The notes below the pieces were generated by a model. The model was not told where the DNA came from. It made no database searches and saw only the letters and a program-made list of their open reading frames with translations. Positions 62,672-64,000 of a stretch of 64,000 nucleotides of DNA are shown piece after piece (the stretch's first letter is position 1; the number at the start of each line of letters is the position of its first letter). The stretch comes from an uncultured Sphaerobacteraceae bacterium (GTDB lineage: Bacteria > Chloroflexota > Chloroflexia > Thermomicrobiales > UBA6265), in NCBI GenBank assembly GCA_964610045.1, contig CAZSUN010000002.1:40925-104924 (forward strand), in the 5' to 3' direction. A program made the position numbers and the translations under genes.

Positions 62672-64000
62672 ATGGTCATGAGCAAGATGGTCGGTGCACG
62701 CGTGCGCCGCAAGGAAGACCCCCGACTTATCACCGGCGCGTCGACCTATGTAGACGACGTCAAACTGCCTGGAATCCTGCACGCCGCCTTTGTCCGGAGC
62801 CAGTACCCGCATGGCGTTCTCAACGGGGTCGATATCAGTGAAGCCGAGTCCGCCCCTGGCGTCGTTGCCATCCTGACCGGAGACAACCTCTCGCAGTACC
62901 TCACCAACATCGATACTGCCGGTCAGGGCGAAGATACCGGCGAGGAGGAAGCAAGTGACGGTGACGCCATTCCCGTGCCGCCAATCCGCCCCCTGGCGAT
63001 CGGGAAGGTCCGGTTCGTTGGTGAAGCGATTGCGATGGTGGTGGCCGAAACCCGCGCCCAGGCAGTCGATGCCGCGGAACTCGTCCAGCCTGACATCGAA
63101 CCACTCGAACCTGTAACTGATGTCTTCGCAGCGCAGCAGGATGATGCCCCGCTGGTGTACGACGAGGTGCCGCACAACCTCGGTGCGACGGTCGGCGGCA
63201 AGCGCGGCGGCGATGTGGCAGCGGCTTTTGCAACTGCTCCATTCACCGTGAGCGCGCGCATCTCCTGCCAACGGTTGAGTGCCGTTCCGATGGAACCCCG
63301 CGCCGTGCTGGCGACCGTGGATCCGTTGACGCAGGGGCTCACTTTCTGGACGTCGACGCAGGCCCCGCACTGGAATCGGAATGACATCGCCGATGCGCTC
63401 GGGTTGCCACAGACCCAGGTGCGCTGTATCGCCCCGGAAGTTGGCGGTGGATTTGGTCAGAAGATCGGCGCCTACGCTGAGGATTACCTGGTATCCGGCG
63501 CGGCATTCAAGCTCAAGCGGCCGGTGAAGTGGATCGAGACACGTTCGGAGAACTTCCTCAGTAGCGCCCATGGCCGCAATCAGCTCGCCGACATCGAGGC
63601 AGCCGCCGACGAAAACGGCAGGATCCTTGCCCTGCGCGCGCACGTCATCGGTGACGCCGGAGCACTCCCGAAGGGCCTGGGACTCGCCTCCTCCACCTGG
63701 ATCATGTCAACTGGCTGCTACGACATTCCCGCTCTGGATTATGTGTGCGACACGGTATACACCACCACCGGCGCCAACCATGCCTATCGCGGCGCGGGAA
63801 GGCCGGAAGCCGCCTACTATATCGAGCGGATTGCGGACCTCGTTGCCGATGCAACCGGGCTCGACCCGGTACACGTTCGACGGGTCAATTTCATCCAGCC
63901 CGACAGGTTCCCGTTCACCACCCTCGCCGGCACCGAATACGACAGCGGTGACTACGACAAGGCGCTGACCCACGCGCTCGAACTCGTGGATTACGACAAC
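62672..64000 (+). CDS. xanthine dehydrogenase/CO dehydrogenase family molybdopterin-binding large subunit (CoxL-like), 5' partial
   Basis: Not in the ORF track because it has no stop within the window. My own translation from the ATG at 62672 gives MVMSKMVGARVRRKEDPRLITGASTYVDDVKLPGILHAAFVRSQYPHG..., RFVGEAIAMVVAETRAQA, PMEPRAVLA, APEVGGGFGQK and the active-site loop AYRGAGRPEA at 63782. The frame is open for 443 codons to the window end. Confidence 0.85.
   Translation, partial: MVMSKMVGARVRRKEDPRLITGASTYVDDVKLPGILHAAFVRSQYPHGVLNGVDISEAESAPGVVAILTGDNLSQYLTNIDTAGQGEDTGEEEASDGDAIPVPPIRPLAIGKVRFVGEAIAMVVAETRAQAVDAAELVQPDIEPLEPVTDVFAAQQDDAPLVYDEVPHNLGATVGGKRGGDVAAAFATAPFTVSARISCQRLSAVPMEPRAVLATVDPLTQGLTFWTSTQAPHWNRNDIADALGLPQTQVRCIAPEVGGGFGQKIGAYAEDYLVSGAAFKLKRPVKWIETRSENFLSSAHGRNQLADIEAAADENGRILALRAHVIGDAGALPKGLGLASSTWIMSTGCYDIPALDYVCDTVYTTTGANHAYRGAGRPEAAYYIERIADLVADATGLDPVHVRRVNFIQPDRFPFTTLAGTEYDSGDYDKALTHALELVDYDN

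Noticed and set aside
62354-63643. 429-aa minus-strand ORF. It is the only ORF the track offers for this region.
   Set aside because: The + strand frame from the ATG at 62672 is open to the window end and carries canonical CoxL/xanthine-dehydrogenase-family blocks (RKEDPRLITG, GGGFGQK, AYRGAGRPEA). It is missing from the track only because it has no stop codon inside the window.
1-64000. CRISPR arrays, tandem repeats, transposases/integrases, prophage genes and toxin-antitoxin pairs.
   Set aside because: Reading through all intergenic regions and ORF translations, I saw no regularly spaced direct repeats, no recombinase/transposase-like proteins and no typical small TA gene pairs. The only duplication is the diverged TPM/GT-C pair.

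Overview
This is a high-GC, gene-dense bacterial chromosomal window with about 52 protein-coding genes. Many adjacent genes have 1-8 nt start/stop overlaps. I found no rRNA, tRNA, CRISPR array, transposase or integrase. All calls rest on motif and architecture recognition in the supplied ORF translations plus hand inspection of the DNA. No database search was possible, so family names are hypotheses of varying strength.

Gene content, in order:
- A truncated dcw block (rsmH-murF-mraY-murD).
- A stand-alone biotin carboxylase/BCCP fusion.
- Two tandem TPM-domain / ArnT-PMT-like GT-C glycosyltransferase pairs.
- An alpha-glucan phosphorylase and a third GT-C-like membrane protein.
- A Liv-type amino-acid ABC operon.
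- An FAD oxidoreductase, adenine deaminase, nadB and folC.
- An ECF sigma/anti-sigma pair followed by a GtrB/ArnC-type GT2, a flippase-like membrane protein, a SAM methyltransferase and a zinc-ribbon/TM/PQQ-propeller protein.
- hemA-hemL plus a divergent GSA-aminotransferase paralogue.
- A Mo-enzyme maturation block (MocA-like, XdhC, XdhC-N, CoxE-like VWA, CoxD/MoxR-like AAA+).
- tsaB, a sugar ABC transporter without an ATPase, tsaE, a nitroreductase and thiL.
- A Ski2/HelY-type helicase and a protein with QW-like repeats.
- An argininosuccinate-lyase-fold protein with all three catalytic motifs degenerate.
- A BMP-family (nucleoside-type) ABC operon.
- An aspartate-less LuxR-type regulator and the 5' part of a CoxL-like (AYRGAGR-type) molybdopterin subunit.

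Most interesting candidates:
1. The duplicated, translationally coupled TPM/GT-C pairs.
2. The ECF-linked lipid-carrier glycosylation module, which could feed them.
3. The catalytically degenerate ASL-fold protein, next to a ~490-nt gene-free, lower-GC, hairpin-rich convergent spacer.
4. A frame switch in front of the QW-repeat protein.
5. A structured leader in front of the BMP operon.
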